From positions 1 to 64,000 of IMG/VR virus record IMGVR_UViG_2934336660_000001: 64,000 nt of DNA; one strand, 5' to 3'. The stretch comes from a virus. Taxonomy: Duplodnaviria > Caudoviricetes. The translations under genes and the position numbers were made by a program. The notes beneath the pieces are model-generated. The model was not told the origin of the DNA. It ran no database searches and was given only the letters and a program-made list of their open reading frames with translations. Of this stretch, positions 38,340 to 47,399 are shown in pieces; the stretch's first letter is position 1; each line of letters begins with the position of its first letter.

Positions 38340-40793
38340 ATGGCAGTGACAACGCACCGGCCGGTGGCGCTGCCCAACAGCGCGCCCACCCCGACGACGA
38401 ACCCGACGGTGAAGCCGACCCCCATGCCGGTCCCGGTGGGGGCGGCCCGCATGCAGGCGTGGTACATCGACGCCGCCGACGACCGGCGCAAGCGCATGCC
38501 GCACCTGGTGCCGGTCGACGACGACAATCACCGCACCGACCACGTCCGCCACCAGTGCCCGAAGATGCGCAACCTCAACGGCGGCGGACGGGAGCGCTGC
38601 GAGGAGCACGCCTGGCTGCGGCCGACGGATCCCGCGTTGTTCTGCCAGCGGCACGGGGACAAGCTGGAGCCGCCGCAGGCAGCGCCGAAGGCCGCGCAGT
38701 TGTTTGTTGAGGCGAAGCGGCTGCACGGGCGTACCGCCGCGGCGTGGGGGCTGCCGGCCGCCGCCGCCGCGACGGACCTCATCGCCGCGCTCGCCGACCT
38801 GCCGCCCTCGCACGTCGGCGTCACCGCACCCGCGGCCGCCGGCGTCGTCTTCGTCGTGACGAAGCGGAAGCTGACCAAGCGCGCCATCGCCCGCAACCGC
38901 ATCGAGAAGGGTCAGCGCACCGGCAAGCGGATCCAGGCCATCACCCGCCGGGCCCAGCGCGCCGCGCTCACCGCCGGGGAGACCGGCCTGTGGGCGACCG
39001 CGCTGGCCGCCACCGATATCAACACCTGGGCGGGGCGCATCGTCGCCGCCGCGGGCATGGTCCGCTGGGCGTTCAGCATGCGCTCGTGGTGGGCCGCCAC
39101 CGACGCCCGACGTGCGCCGGCCCCGCCCCCCGCCCCGGTGACCGTGGACGTGACCGCGGCGGAACAGCCGGTGGATGCCCCCGACCCGCTGCGCCTGCGC
39201 GCCATCACCACCTGGGCGATGCTCATCGGCCTCACCGGCGGGCCCCTCGCTGGCACCGAACTGGTCCACTACCAGCAACTGCCCGCGTGTGAGGTCGGCG
39301 CGGCCACCCGCACCCGGCTGCCGAATTGGACGGCGAAGGTCGTCGCGAAGGTCCCCGGGTCCATCAACATGCGCGAGTCGCGACCGAACCTGCTCGGCCG
39401 CATCGCCGCCGCCTACGGGTGCACCTACGCCGACGTGTCGTTCAGCGCCGACGAGTCGGACCTGTCCATCGGGTGGCTGCGGGTGCAGCCGGACAACCCG
39501 CTCGCCGAGACGAAGATTTGGCCCGGCCCGAAGGTCGCCAGCGACTGGCGTAACGGCCGGTCCCGGGTCGGCCGCTTCAACGACGGCCGCGACATCTGGT
39601 ACCAGTGGTGGACGAAGACGGGCGCGATCCACGACCTGATCTCCGGGTGCACCGGCTCCGGCAAGTCCGAGCTTGTCGCGCAACTGCTGCTAGCGTCCCT
39701 GCACTCCGAGGGTCAGGTCATCGACTGGGTGGGTGACCCGCAGGGCGGGCAGTCCTACGGGCAGTTGAAGGACGCCGTCGACTGGTTCGCCCGCGACACC
39801 TCCGAGATCCGGTTGATGCTGCTCGCGGCGCTCAAGGAGATGCTGCGCCGCAACGACGAGTTGTCCGAGAACAACATCAAGACGTGGCGTCCCAGCCTGG
39901 ACATGCCGCTGCTGGTCATCACCCTCGACGAGGTCCAGTCGATCATCGAAGACCCGATCATCCTGGAGCTGGTGGAGAAGCTGGTCGGGATGGGCCGCAA
40001 GTGCGGCATCAAGATGCGGCTGATCACGCAAATCCCGGCGGCGTACAACCTGGGCGGTTCCACGTACATCAAGGAGCAGTTGAAGGCCGGACAGACGCTG
40101 ATCTTCCGGGCGATGACCGATGTTGCCGGCCGCTCCGCCGTCGACAGTGACTGCCCCGTGGACCCGACAGAGTTGCCGTCGGTGTGGGGTGCGAACACCT
40201 GCGCCGGTGGGGACACCACCGCCGGGTTGATGTTCGTGCAGGGCGTCAACGGCCGTGACGTGTACGGGCGCGCCGACTACACCGGCGACGACATGGGTGT
40301 GTGGCTGGTCGACGGTGAGGGCCAGTCGACGTTGACGCCGGGGGTGTTCGGCCCGGAGGCGCAGCAGGAATCGGGTGTGCTGTGGGGTGACCGTAAGGAA
40401 CGCGCCCGGCGGCTACTCGCGGCTGGCCGGTCGGACGCGGATCTGCTGTCGGGTGGGAAGGCCATCGAGCTGTTGGAGGCGGCGGCGGTCACGCAGGCCA
40501 CCCCGGCGGCGCAGCGTCCCCCAGAGCAGCCATCACCGGCCGCGCAGAAAACCGCCCGGGTGTCCCGTGACGTGGTGTTGGAGGCGGCGCGGAAGGCCGC
40601 CAACGATCGAGGTGTGGTCACGAGGGATCAGTTGATCGCGGAGCTTGCCTCGATGGTCGAGCCGATGAAGGACGGCACCCGCGACAAGGCGCTCACCGAC
40701 CTGATGGCTGACGGCAAACTCCGCCGGGTCAAGAACGGCTTGTATGAGGTTCCGGGTGTCGCGGCGACCCTGTTCGACGGGGCGACCAACTGA
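38340..40793 (+). CDS. FtsK/SpoIIIE-family (TraB-like) DNA translocase
   Basis: N-terminal membrane segments, Walker A HDLISGCTGSGKS, Walker B LLVITLDE, GMGRKCGI..ITQ, C-terminal winged helix. Confidence 0.85.
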   Translation: MAVTTHRPVALPNSAPTPTTNPTVKPTPMPVPVGAARMQAWYIDAADDRRKRMPHLVPVDDDNHRTDHVRHQCPKMRNLNGGGRERCEEHAWLRPTDPALFCQRHGDKLEPPQAAPKAAQLFVEAKRLHGRTAAAWGLPAAAAATDLIAALADLPPSHVGVTAPAAAGVVFVVTKRKLTKRAIARNRIEKGQRTGKRIQAITRRAQRAALTAGETGLWATALAATDINTWAGRIVAAAGMVRWAFSMRSWWAATDARRAPAPPPAPVTVDVTAAEQPVDAPDPLRLRAITTWAMLIGLTGGPLAGTELVHYQQLPACEVGAATRTRLPNWTAKVVAKVPGSINMRESRPNLLGRIAAAYGCTYADVSFSADESDLSIGWLRVQPDNPLAETKIWPGPKVASDWRNGRSRVGRFNDGRDIWYQWWTKTGAIHDLISGCTGSGKSELVAQLLLASLHSEGQVIDWVGDPQGGQSYGQLKDAVDWFARDTSEIRLMLLAALKEMLRRNDELSENNIKTWRPSLDMPLLVITLDEVQSIIEDPIILELVEKLVGMGRKCGIKMRLITQIPAAYNLGGSTYIKEQLKAGQTLIFRAMTDVAGRSAVDSDCPVDPTELPSVWGANTCAGGDTTAGLMFVQGVNGRDVYGRADYTGDDMGVWLVDGEGQSTLTPGVFGPEAQQESGVLWGDRKERARRLLAAGRSDADLLSGGKAIELLEAAAVTQATPAAQRPPEQPSPAAQKTARVSRDVVLEAARKAANDRGVVTRDQLIAELASMVEPMKDGTRDKALTDLMADGKLRRVKNGLYEVPGVAATLFDGATN

Positions 40794-41530
40794 TGACCGC
40801 GCAGCGTCAAACCCGCGTGCCCCGTCGGCGCCCGCCTGCGGGTGAGCGCCGCAAACGCGCCGTGTACGGGATTATGACCCTCGACGTGGACGCCCGCGGC
40901 ATTCCGATCCCGGGCGCCGCCCCGGTGGTCGGATACATCGGCCAGTCGCGGCAGACGGTGTGGCAGCGGGAGCAGCAGCACCGCGATGAGCAGCCGTTCT
41001 CCGATTTGATCGTCGGCGGTTCGTGGACGATCGAAGAGGGCTGGTGGACGCAGCAGCAGTTGGATGAGCGGGAGCAGCACTACATCCGCCGGGGGGTGTC
41101 TCTGCTGCCCGGCCAGGAGGCGCAACGCCCGAAGTACAACATTGACTGCAATCGGGAAAACCGGGACCGGATCAAGCCGTGGGATGCGGTGGCGCACCGG
41201 CAGGCGCGTGAGCCGGGCTGGGTGAAGCCGGCGAAGGGCTCGTTCGTTTCCCGGCAGCGCACGTACGGTCCGCCGCAGAATATGGCTCGGGCGGTGCGAC
41301 GCCGGCCCCGGTTTCGGTGGACGCGTCGCCGGATCCGTGCGGCTGTGCTGACTGGTGTTTGGTTGGTCCTGTTCGCCGGGTTTTGGTGGGCTGGCTGGGA
41401 TGTGTGGCACGGCTGGGATGGGCCCCGCAACGCGGCAATTGGTACCACTGTGGTGATGGCGTCTGCGGCTGCCGCATGGCAGTGGGCGTCGAAGCCGCAG
41501 CGCCGCCGCCGCCGCAGGTCCCGCCGGTGA
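40793..41530 (+). CDS. GIY-YIG nuclease with two C-terminal TM helices
   Basis: AVYGI...GYIGQS...R.QQH...E..YI...PKYN, then two hydrophobic helices; TGATG coupling to FtsK. Confidence 0.75.
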   Translation: MTAQRQTRVPRRRPPAGERRKRAVYGIMTLDVDARGIPIPGAAPVVGYIGQSRQTVWQREQQHRDEQPFSDLIVGGSWTIEEGWWTQQQLDEREQHYIRRGVSLLPGQEAQRPKYNIDCNRENRDRIKPWDAVAHRQAREPGWVKPAKGSFVSRQRTYGPPQNMARAVRRRPRFRWTRRRIRAAVLTGVWLVLFAGFWWAGWDVWHGWDGPRNAAIGTTVVMASAAAAWQWASKPQRRRRRRSRR

Positions 41531-41775
41531 GTACCTGGCGGTGGGAAGCGTTCGATTCATCCGGCACGGCCATGATCGCCGACACCCTTACCGACCCGTT
41601 CGCGGAAACACCTACTGAGGCCGCCGACCTGGGCATGGCCCGGTTGCTGATCCGGGTTGAGCCGGATTACGGGCAGTTGCGGGGGTGGCGTGTGCGGGCG
41701 TGGGCTGATGGTTGTGGTGAGGCGTGGGCGGACGCGGACGAGTGGTTGCAGGTTGCTGAGGGTTCCCGCCGTTAG
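41527..41775 (+). CDS. Small hypothetical protein ending the transfer operon
   Basis: GTGA overlap. Confidence 0.55.
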   Translation: MSTWRWEAFDSSGTAMIADTLTDPFAETPTEAADLGMARLLIRVEPDYGQLRGWRVRAWADGCGEAWADADEWLQVAEGSRR

Positions 41776-41961
41776 CCTGCTGGTGCGCGACCGCATCCGT
41801 TGACTGCTGGTGTGACGTGGGTGTTCACCCGGCACCTTGGCCCGTTTAAGCGGGTGTTGTGGGGGCGGCTCGGTCTGGCGGAGGCGGCGCAGCAATCGGC
41901 GGCACTCGACCGGCTGCGCGGGTAGGGCAGGACACGCCAGGACTGAGTCCTGCATAGGTGC

Positions 41962-41998
41962 TTTACATCTGACCCCCCAACTCGTATAGTTGCTATAC
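41962..41998 (+). promoter_or_regulatory. Promoter TTTACA-17-TATAGT overlapped by palindrome GTATAG-ttg-CTATAC
   Basis: Near-consensus sigma70-type spacing upstream of 42020. Confidence 0.7.
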
Positions 41999-42019
41999 AG
42001 GCAACCGAGGGGGGCGACG

Positions 42020-43303
42020 ATGGACACCACAACCTACCAAGCCGGCGACGAAATCGACATCAACGGCACCACGATCATCCTCGGCACCCGCAAAGGCAAC
42101 ACCGGGATCCGCTGGAACTGGTACGCCCCCGAGTCCGACGAAGCGGGCGTCATCTACCACCCAACCCCCGACGCGGCCATCGACGAAGCCTGCCGCTCCC
42201 TCGCCAAGCGTTGCACCTGTGGTGCTGTGGCCGAAATGGTCAGCTCCACGCGCCCCGTCTGCGCCAACTGCATCTGACAGAGAGCCCGTCATGCCCCAAA
42301 CCTGCATCCAAGATTGCCTCCCGCACGGCCGGATGTGCGAACTCGACGCCGACCACACCGACGACCACGAGTGCGTCGACTGTCCCGGACAGCAACGGGC
42401 GCGGTGGCGGGAGGCTATCGACGCTCGTGTTGCCGCACACCGGGCCGCCGAGATGGTCGAGTCAACCCCCGACGTCGACTGACAGGACGCGACACGATGG
42501 AACTTACGAACGCGCAGCAGCAAGCTCTACTGACCCGGGCAGTCGACGCCGTTAAGGCCCGGTTCGACGTCGGCCCCAGCACCGATCCGGACGAGGTGTC
42601 GCGGCGTATCGAGGTGGCGACCCTCGCCGTCACCGACGCCGTCACCCGCGGCGGATGGCTGCACAGCCAGATTGCCATCCTGTCCGGGGTTACCGGGCTG
42701 CGGGTCATCGGACTCATCTCCGACTGGTCGGCGCAGGCCCAAGCGCTGGGGCGGGAACGGCACAACGCGAAGGTGTACGCCGATCAGGTGAGGGAGGCTG
42801 CCGCGGCCCACGCCCGGCAGCGGGTTGGCGCCCAGGGCTATGGGGCCAAGTCGCAGATCGCGCGGGAGATCGGCGTGACCCGGCCCGTGGTGGACGCGTG
42901 GATTGGGCAGGCGCAGGGGGGGTGACATCTGATGGACAAGCTGGCCCGGCTGCGCCACTACACGGCCGTCTACTACGCGCACGCCACCCAACACCGCACC
43001 TCACGTGCTGCCCGCGAGTGGATGGAGGCTGAAGTGCCTGCCGCCGAAGCGGCCCGGTGGGCGAACGCCGGCTACCTGCCCGCCGAGGCGGAGCCGCTGA
43101 TCGCCGACGGTGTCACCCCGGAAACTGCCACCGAGATGGACCAGCTCGCCGACGACCTCGCGGGTGGCCCCGAAGCGCGGGCCATGCAGGTCATTGACGC
43201 CATGGTTGCCGACGGCACGCTCGTTGATCCGGCGCGGGTGCGGCAGGTTCAAGACCCTGACGACCCAACGCACACGATTGTGTGGATCTCGCCGGACGCG
43301 TAG
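42020..43303 (+). other. Four-gene operon (42020-42277, 42291-42482, 42497-42925 with C-terminal HTH, 42932-43303)
   Basis: RBSs; KSQIAREIGVTRPVVDAWI HTH in the third gene. Confidence 0.65.
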
Positions 43304-43421
43304 GTGGAGAAACCCCGACGGAGCAGCGAGGCTGCGGCCGTGATGCCGGGTAGCGTTAACTTCGGCGGGCCGTCGGGGTAGAGGCCGACTGCCCGCCCCC
43401 GACCTCTACCGGGAGCCTCCA

Positions 43422-44675
43422 ATGACAGGCAAAACACCCGCCAAGCAGACCATCGGCGAGAAACTGAAGCGTCACCGCAAAGCCAACCGGCTCACCCAAG
43501 AGCAGTTGGCCGAACGCGCGGACCTCAGCATCGAGATCGTGCGGAAGCTGGAACAGAACGTGCGCCGCTCGACCAGCCTCGCCACCCTCCATGCGCTCGC
43601 CCGCGCCCTCAACGTGCCCACCACGGCCCTCATGGGTGACGCCGCTGAGGCCGCCGCCCGCGCCGAACCGGACCACCGGCCACTGTCGCTGGCCGCTATC
43701 CGCCGCGTCGTCGCCCCGGTGCGTGGACTCAACGGCACGCTGCTGACCCTGCCGGCCGGCGATCCGCCCACCCTTGACGTCCTCACCGGACGCCTACGCG
43801 CCGTTGACCGCACCTACCAGCGCAACAACTACGCCGAGGCGCTGTCAGTGTTGCCGCCGCTGCTCGCCGACGTTCGCGCCGCCGTCGACATCGCCAACGA
43901 CCGGGACCGGCCGGACGCGTACGCGCTGCTGGCCCGCACCCAACACCTGACCGGGAACCTGCTCATCCAACTGCGCGCAGGTGACCTCGCGCAGACCGCG
44001 CTAACCGGGGCGCTTGACGCCGCCCGCCAGTGCGGCAATGAGGACGTCGCCGCCACCGTCGTCCAGGGCATGTGTTGGCTGCTGATGCGGCAGGGTCGGC
44101 TGGCCGAGGCCGCCGAACTTGCCACGGCTACGGCCGATCAGGTGGAGCCGCGGTTTTCCCGGGCCACCCCGACGCAGTTGGCGGCGTGGGGGTGGCTACT
44201 GGTGGCGGGTGCCGCCGCATACGCCCGCGACAATCAGCCGGGTGTCGCAGCGGACCTGGTCGACGCGGCGCAGGCCGCGGCCGTACGGATCGGCGAGCGC
44301 GCACCGGAGCCCGGACATCTGATGATGGTGGGCGGGTTCGACTCGGGGCGCGTGCAGATGGCCCGGGTGGAGAACGCCGCGGTGGCTGGCGACCCTGGGC
44401 GCGTGTTGGATTTGGCGCGGCTGGTACCGGCGGGGCCAACGCCGGTGGGGTCGAGTTGGCAGCGCCACCGGCTAGATGTGGCGTGGGCGCACGCGCAGCG
44501 CCGCGAGCATGGCGACGCCACCGCTGTGCTGGTGGAGTTGCGGCACCTTGCGCCGGCATGGTTGCGGCAGCAGCGGTACGCGCGGGAAATCGTGAACGTC
44601 ATTTCTGATGGGCGTCGGCGGGCGATGACAGAGGATCTGGCGGATCTGGCGTCGGTGGTCGGCTACACACCCTGA
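43422..44675 (+). CDS. XRE HTH regulator with a long helical (TPR-like) C-terminal domain
   Basis: LKRHRKANRLTQEQLAERADLSIEIVRKLEQ...LARAL; Ala/Leu helical repeats. Confidence 0.85.
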   Translation: MTGKTPAKQTIGEKLKRHRKANRLTQEQLAERADLSIEIVRKLEQNVRRSTSLATLHALARALNVPTTALMGDAAEAAARAEPDHRPLSLAAIRRVVAPVRGLNGTLLTLPAGDPPTLDVLTGRLRAVDRTYQRNNYAEALSVLPPLLADVRAAVDIANDRDRPDAYALLARTQHLTGNLLIQLRAGDLAQTALTGALDAARQCGNEDVAATVVQGMCWLLMRQGRLAEAAELATATADQVEPRFSRATPTQLAAWGWLLVAGAAAYARDNQPGVAADLVDAAQAAAVRIGERAPEPGHLMMVGGFDSGRVQMARVENAAVAGDPGRVLDLARLVPAGPTPVGSSWQRHRLDVAWAHAQRREHGDATAVLVELRHLAPAWLRQQRYAREIVNVISDGRRRAMTEDLADLASVVGYTP

Positions 44676-44987
44676 GGTCGCACACGGTGTACCAGTTTGG
44701 TTGCTGACGGTGGCTAGCGGTACGTGGGGTACCTCCCGTTTGCCCAGCTCATCGGCCACGCTCAACATGTCAGTACATGTTGGCTGACCGAATGGCGCAG
44801 CGGCCCGTGGCCGGGTTTGGCGGGGGCTGTTGTTGCCGACCTTTTCGGTGTGGCGGCTGGTTGGACCCCCAGCCTGACCGGCCGCCACCCACCCCGATCG
44901 CAATGGGGGTTCATGTGGACGTGTGGCGTTGGCACAACGGTCGGACGGCACGAGACACCCAAGCTGACGCATTCTCAGGCGGCGACC

Positions 44988-45451
44988 GTGACCACTGACC
45001 TGAATGTGCCCGCCGGCACTGACCTGGTGTTGCTGGCCGGTGAGTGGTTCCCCGAGCCGACCGTCCCTGCCGACCGCGGTGAGATCGTCACCGTTGTTGC
45101 CGTGTACCAGCGGGAAATCGGCGGCCGGGTGTGGGTGCGCGGTCACGTGTGTAAACGTGCCGACCCCCCGGACTGTGGCACCGGGTCCTGCTTCGAGCAT
45201 CAGGTGCTCACGTCGGCGATCCGGGCGAATGTGGCAGGTGCCCGATGAGCCGCATGGATGAGCCCACCACCCCCGCGTTCGTCTCGCAGATCGCCCAGCA
45301 GGTGATCGGCAGCCACGAGCAGGGTCAGCAGTGCCAGCGTTGCACCGACGCAGGGTGTGATCAGGTGGATTGGGCGCGGATGATGCTGCGCGACCTGGCT
45401 GCGGCCACCACGGCGGAGCAGCGGTTGGCGATAGCGGACGGCACTGGTTGA
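44988..45451 (+). other. Two small Cys/His-containing genes (44988-45248, 45245-45451)
   Basis: ATGA overlap; the first may start at 44913. Confidence 0.5.
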
Positions 45452-45538
45452 GCGTTGCTCGCACCCGACAGGACCGGCCTCACCCGATGCGGGGTGAGGC
45501 CGGTCCTGTCTTTTGTGGCGGTGCCGGAAAGCGCATTC

Positions 45539-45811
45539 CTAGCTGTCAGGGGTCGGCCGCTTCTTGGTGCCACCCGAGACGCCTCGGGCGATCTGGGAGG
45601 CGCGTGCCGGGTGCAGCCCCAGCTCCTCGCCTACCTGGTCCCAGGTGCGCCCCTGCTTCAGCTCGGTGACAGCAGCGGCGCGCTCGGCGGCGATGAAGCG
45701 TTGCAGGTCGGGGATGGCGTCGAGGGCGGCGGACAGCGCTTTGGCCCGGTCGGCGGGGTCGGTGAGGGTGAGCGCCTGGGGCAGTGCGGCGATGGGGTCG
45801 GGGAGCGTCAT
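45539..45811 (-). CDS. Small HTH repressor
   Basis: GRTWDQVGEELGLHPARASQIARG. Confidence 0.8.
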   Translation of the reverse strand: MTLPDPIAALPQALTLTDPADRAKALSAALDAIPDLQRFIAAERAAAVTELKQGRTWDQVGEELGLHPARASQIARGVSGGTKKRPTPDS

Positions 45812-45821
45812 GGTTCGAGGT

Positions 45822-45886
45822 TAGTGGGTCCCCCTCGATAAATCTAGTGGGTACCCCTTGCATCTCTAGTGGGTACCCACTAGGCT
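45822..45886. promoter_or_regulatory. Triple TAGTGGGT(A/C)CCC operator with promoter TTGCAT-17-TAGGCT
   Basis: Copies at 45822 and 45845, and a perfect 18-bp palindrome CTAGTGGGTACCCACTAG at 45866-45883 filling the -35/-10 spacer. Confidence 0.8.
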
Positions 45887-45918
45887 ATAGATACAAGCCA
45901 GCGAGCAGGGGAGACGAC

Positions 45919-46062
45919 ATGGACCGCATCGAGGCGAAGACCCGGGAGATCATGGCGATGGACCCGAAGATCAGCCCCACCCGCGCCAAGATCCAGGCCA
46001 TGAAGGTCGTCGGCGATGACCAGCGCGCCGAGTACCACCGCCAGGTGATGGACGCCAACTGA
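45919..46062 (+). CDS. 47-aa hypothetical protein under the 45.8-kb operator
   Basis: GGGGAG RBS; MDRIEAKTREIMAMDPKISPTRAKIQAMK...; hairpin follows. Confidence 0.7.
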   Translation: MDRIEAKTREIMAMDPKISPTRAKIQAMKVVGDDQRAEYHRQVMDAN

Positions 46063-46130
46063 CCCCCAGACGCACGAAAGCGCCCCGCCCAGCCGAAAGG
46101 CCAGGTGGGGCGCAGTGCGTTGCGGGCGGG

Positions 46131-46493
46131 TCAGCCCGTGATGGCCGGCGCCTTGGAGCGGATGCCGTTGTCGGACGCCGCCGGGGCCGCCGCCACACCG
46201 AGCGCCTGCCCCGCCGTGAGAACCAGCAGGATCCACTCGTTGCCGTCCAGGCCGCCGAGGATCAGCGTCGCGGCCACCTGGAGCACGGCGAGCAGCGTGT
46301 TCACGGCGGTCTTACTCCACCGGTACTGCGGGGCGAGCGGCACGAGGTAGGTGCCGGCGGCACCCGTCACGGCGATGGCGACGGCCACCCACTCGGTCCC
46401 GTCGATCGAGTTGTCGCCGGACACCGACACGTAGACGACAATCAGGCCAGCGAAGAACGTCGAGGCCAGGGCCTTGCCGTAGGTCTGGAACAT
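46131..46493 (-). CDS. Holin-like 4-TM membrane protein
   Basis: Hydrophobic, internally duplicated (DGTEW/DGNEW), end of the lysis cassette. Confidence 0.65.
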   Translation of the reverse strand: MFQTYGKALASTFFAGLIVVYVSVSGDNSIDGTEWVAVAIAVTGAAGTYLVPLAPQYRWSKTAVNTLLAVLQVAATLILGGLDGNEWILLVLTAGQALGVAAAPAASDNGIRSKAPAITG

Positions 46494-46508
46494 CGGGGCT
46501 CCTAGGGT

Positions 46509-46721
46509 GTGGTCGTGGTGCGTGGTGGATACGCCCGGCAGCCGGACGGCTCACGGGCATGGCAGGAATGGCGGCCGGACGCCTGCCCGAACGGGCACAC
46601 GCGGCTGGGTGCGGCGACGTGGGCGTGCCGGGTGTGCACCTGGCCCACCCGGGCGTGGCCGTGCCTGGAGGGCGACTGCCGGGAGGTGGTCTGGGATCCC
46701 GACCACGTCCACGGGGAGTAG
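46509..46721 (+). CDS. Small Zn-finger-like protein inverted within the lysis cassette
   Basis: CPNGH...CRVC...C...C; fills the gap between two minus-strand genes. Confidence 0.5.
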   Translation: MVVVRGGYARQPDGSRAWQEWRPDACPNGHTRLGAATWACRVCTWPTRAWPCLEGDCREVVWDPDHVHGE

Positions 46722-46722
46722 G

Positions 46723-47064
46723 TCAGCCGCAGCGCTGCGACGGCGGCGCCGGCAGCGGGTTCGCCCGCCGCGTCTCGTTCGCCTTCTCCCGCGACTCGTT
46801 GTACGTCCGCAGCGCGTCGATCCCGGCCCGGGGCTGCTCACCGATCGACCGGAACAGCACGTCTTGGGCCTGCCGGTCCTGCTCTGCCGCCGCGTACCGG
46901 GCGGCCTGGGAGCGGTTGTTGGCCTCGTTGTAGTCGGCTAGGCACTGCGTGAGCTGGCGTTGCTGCACACCGATGTACACCGACAACAGCAACGCCACCA
47001 CGGCCACCACCTTGACGGCCATGTCAGCCGCGGACGAGTTCAGGGCGCGTACCACCGGGGTCAC
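46723..47064 (-). CDS. Membrane-anchored coiled-coil lysis-region protein
   Basis: One N-terminal TM, two Cys. Confidence 0.65.
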   Translation of the reverse strand: MTPVVRALNSSAADMAVKVVAVVALLLSVYIGVQQRQLTQCLADYNEANNRSQAARYAAAEQDRQAQDVLFRSIGEQPRAGIDALRTYNESREKANETRRANPLPAPPSQRCG

Positions 47065-47162
47065 CGGTCATCACCGCCGATCTTGTTGAGCAGGGGACGC
47101 AGCGCCAAGCCGAGGCCGCCGGCCACCGCCAAGGACAGCAGGACTTGCAGGCCATAGCTCAC
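47061..47162 (-). CDS. 33-aa single-TM peptide (MSYGLQVLLSLAVAGGLGLALRPLL...)
   Basis: GTGA overlaps on both sides, GAGGAG RBS. Confidence 0.55.
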   Translation of the reverse strand: MSYGLQVLLSLAVAGGLGLALRPLLNKIGGDDR

Positions 47163-47371
47163 GAGGTTGTCTCCTCAACGGGGGTGGGCGGGGAAGGGTC
47201 CTGCGCACCGCGCCGGCCCAGAGCGGGCGGGGCCAGGGCCAGGACCAGGAAGGCGGGTACGCCGAGCAGCGCGGCGTCGGGCAGCTTCCCCTGGGCGAGG
47301 TAGGCGATGACCACACCGACCCAGGTACCCAGCCCGACGAGCATCACCAGGTTGCGGAGCCACGTCGACAT
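47159..47371 (-). CDS. Holin-like 2-TM protein
   Basis: Directly after the endolysin; two TM helices. Confidence 0.65.
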   Translation of the reverse strand: MSTWLRNLVMLVGLGTWVGVVIAYLAQGKLPDAALLGVPAFLVLALAPPALGRRGAQDPSPPTPVEETTS

Positions 47372-47399
47372 GCTGCTCCCCGTCGATCGTCGTGATGAT

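Noticed and set aside
37223-40793. Type VII secretion system
   Set aside because: Only one ATPase domain, no WXG motif, and no EccB/EccD/mycosin; a TraB-like assignment fits better
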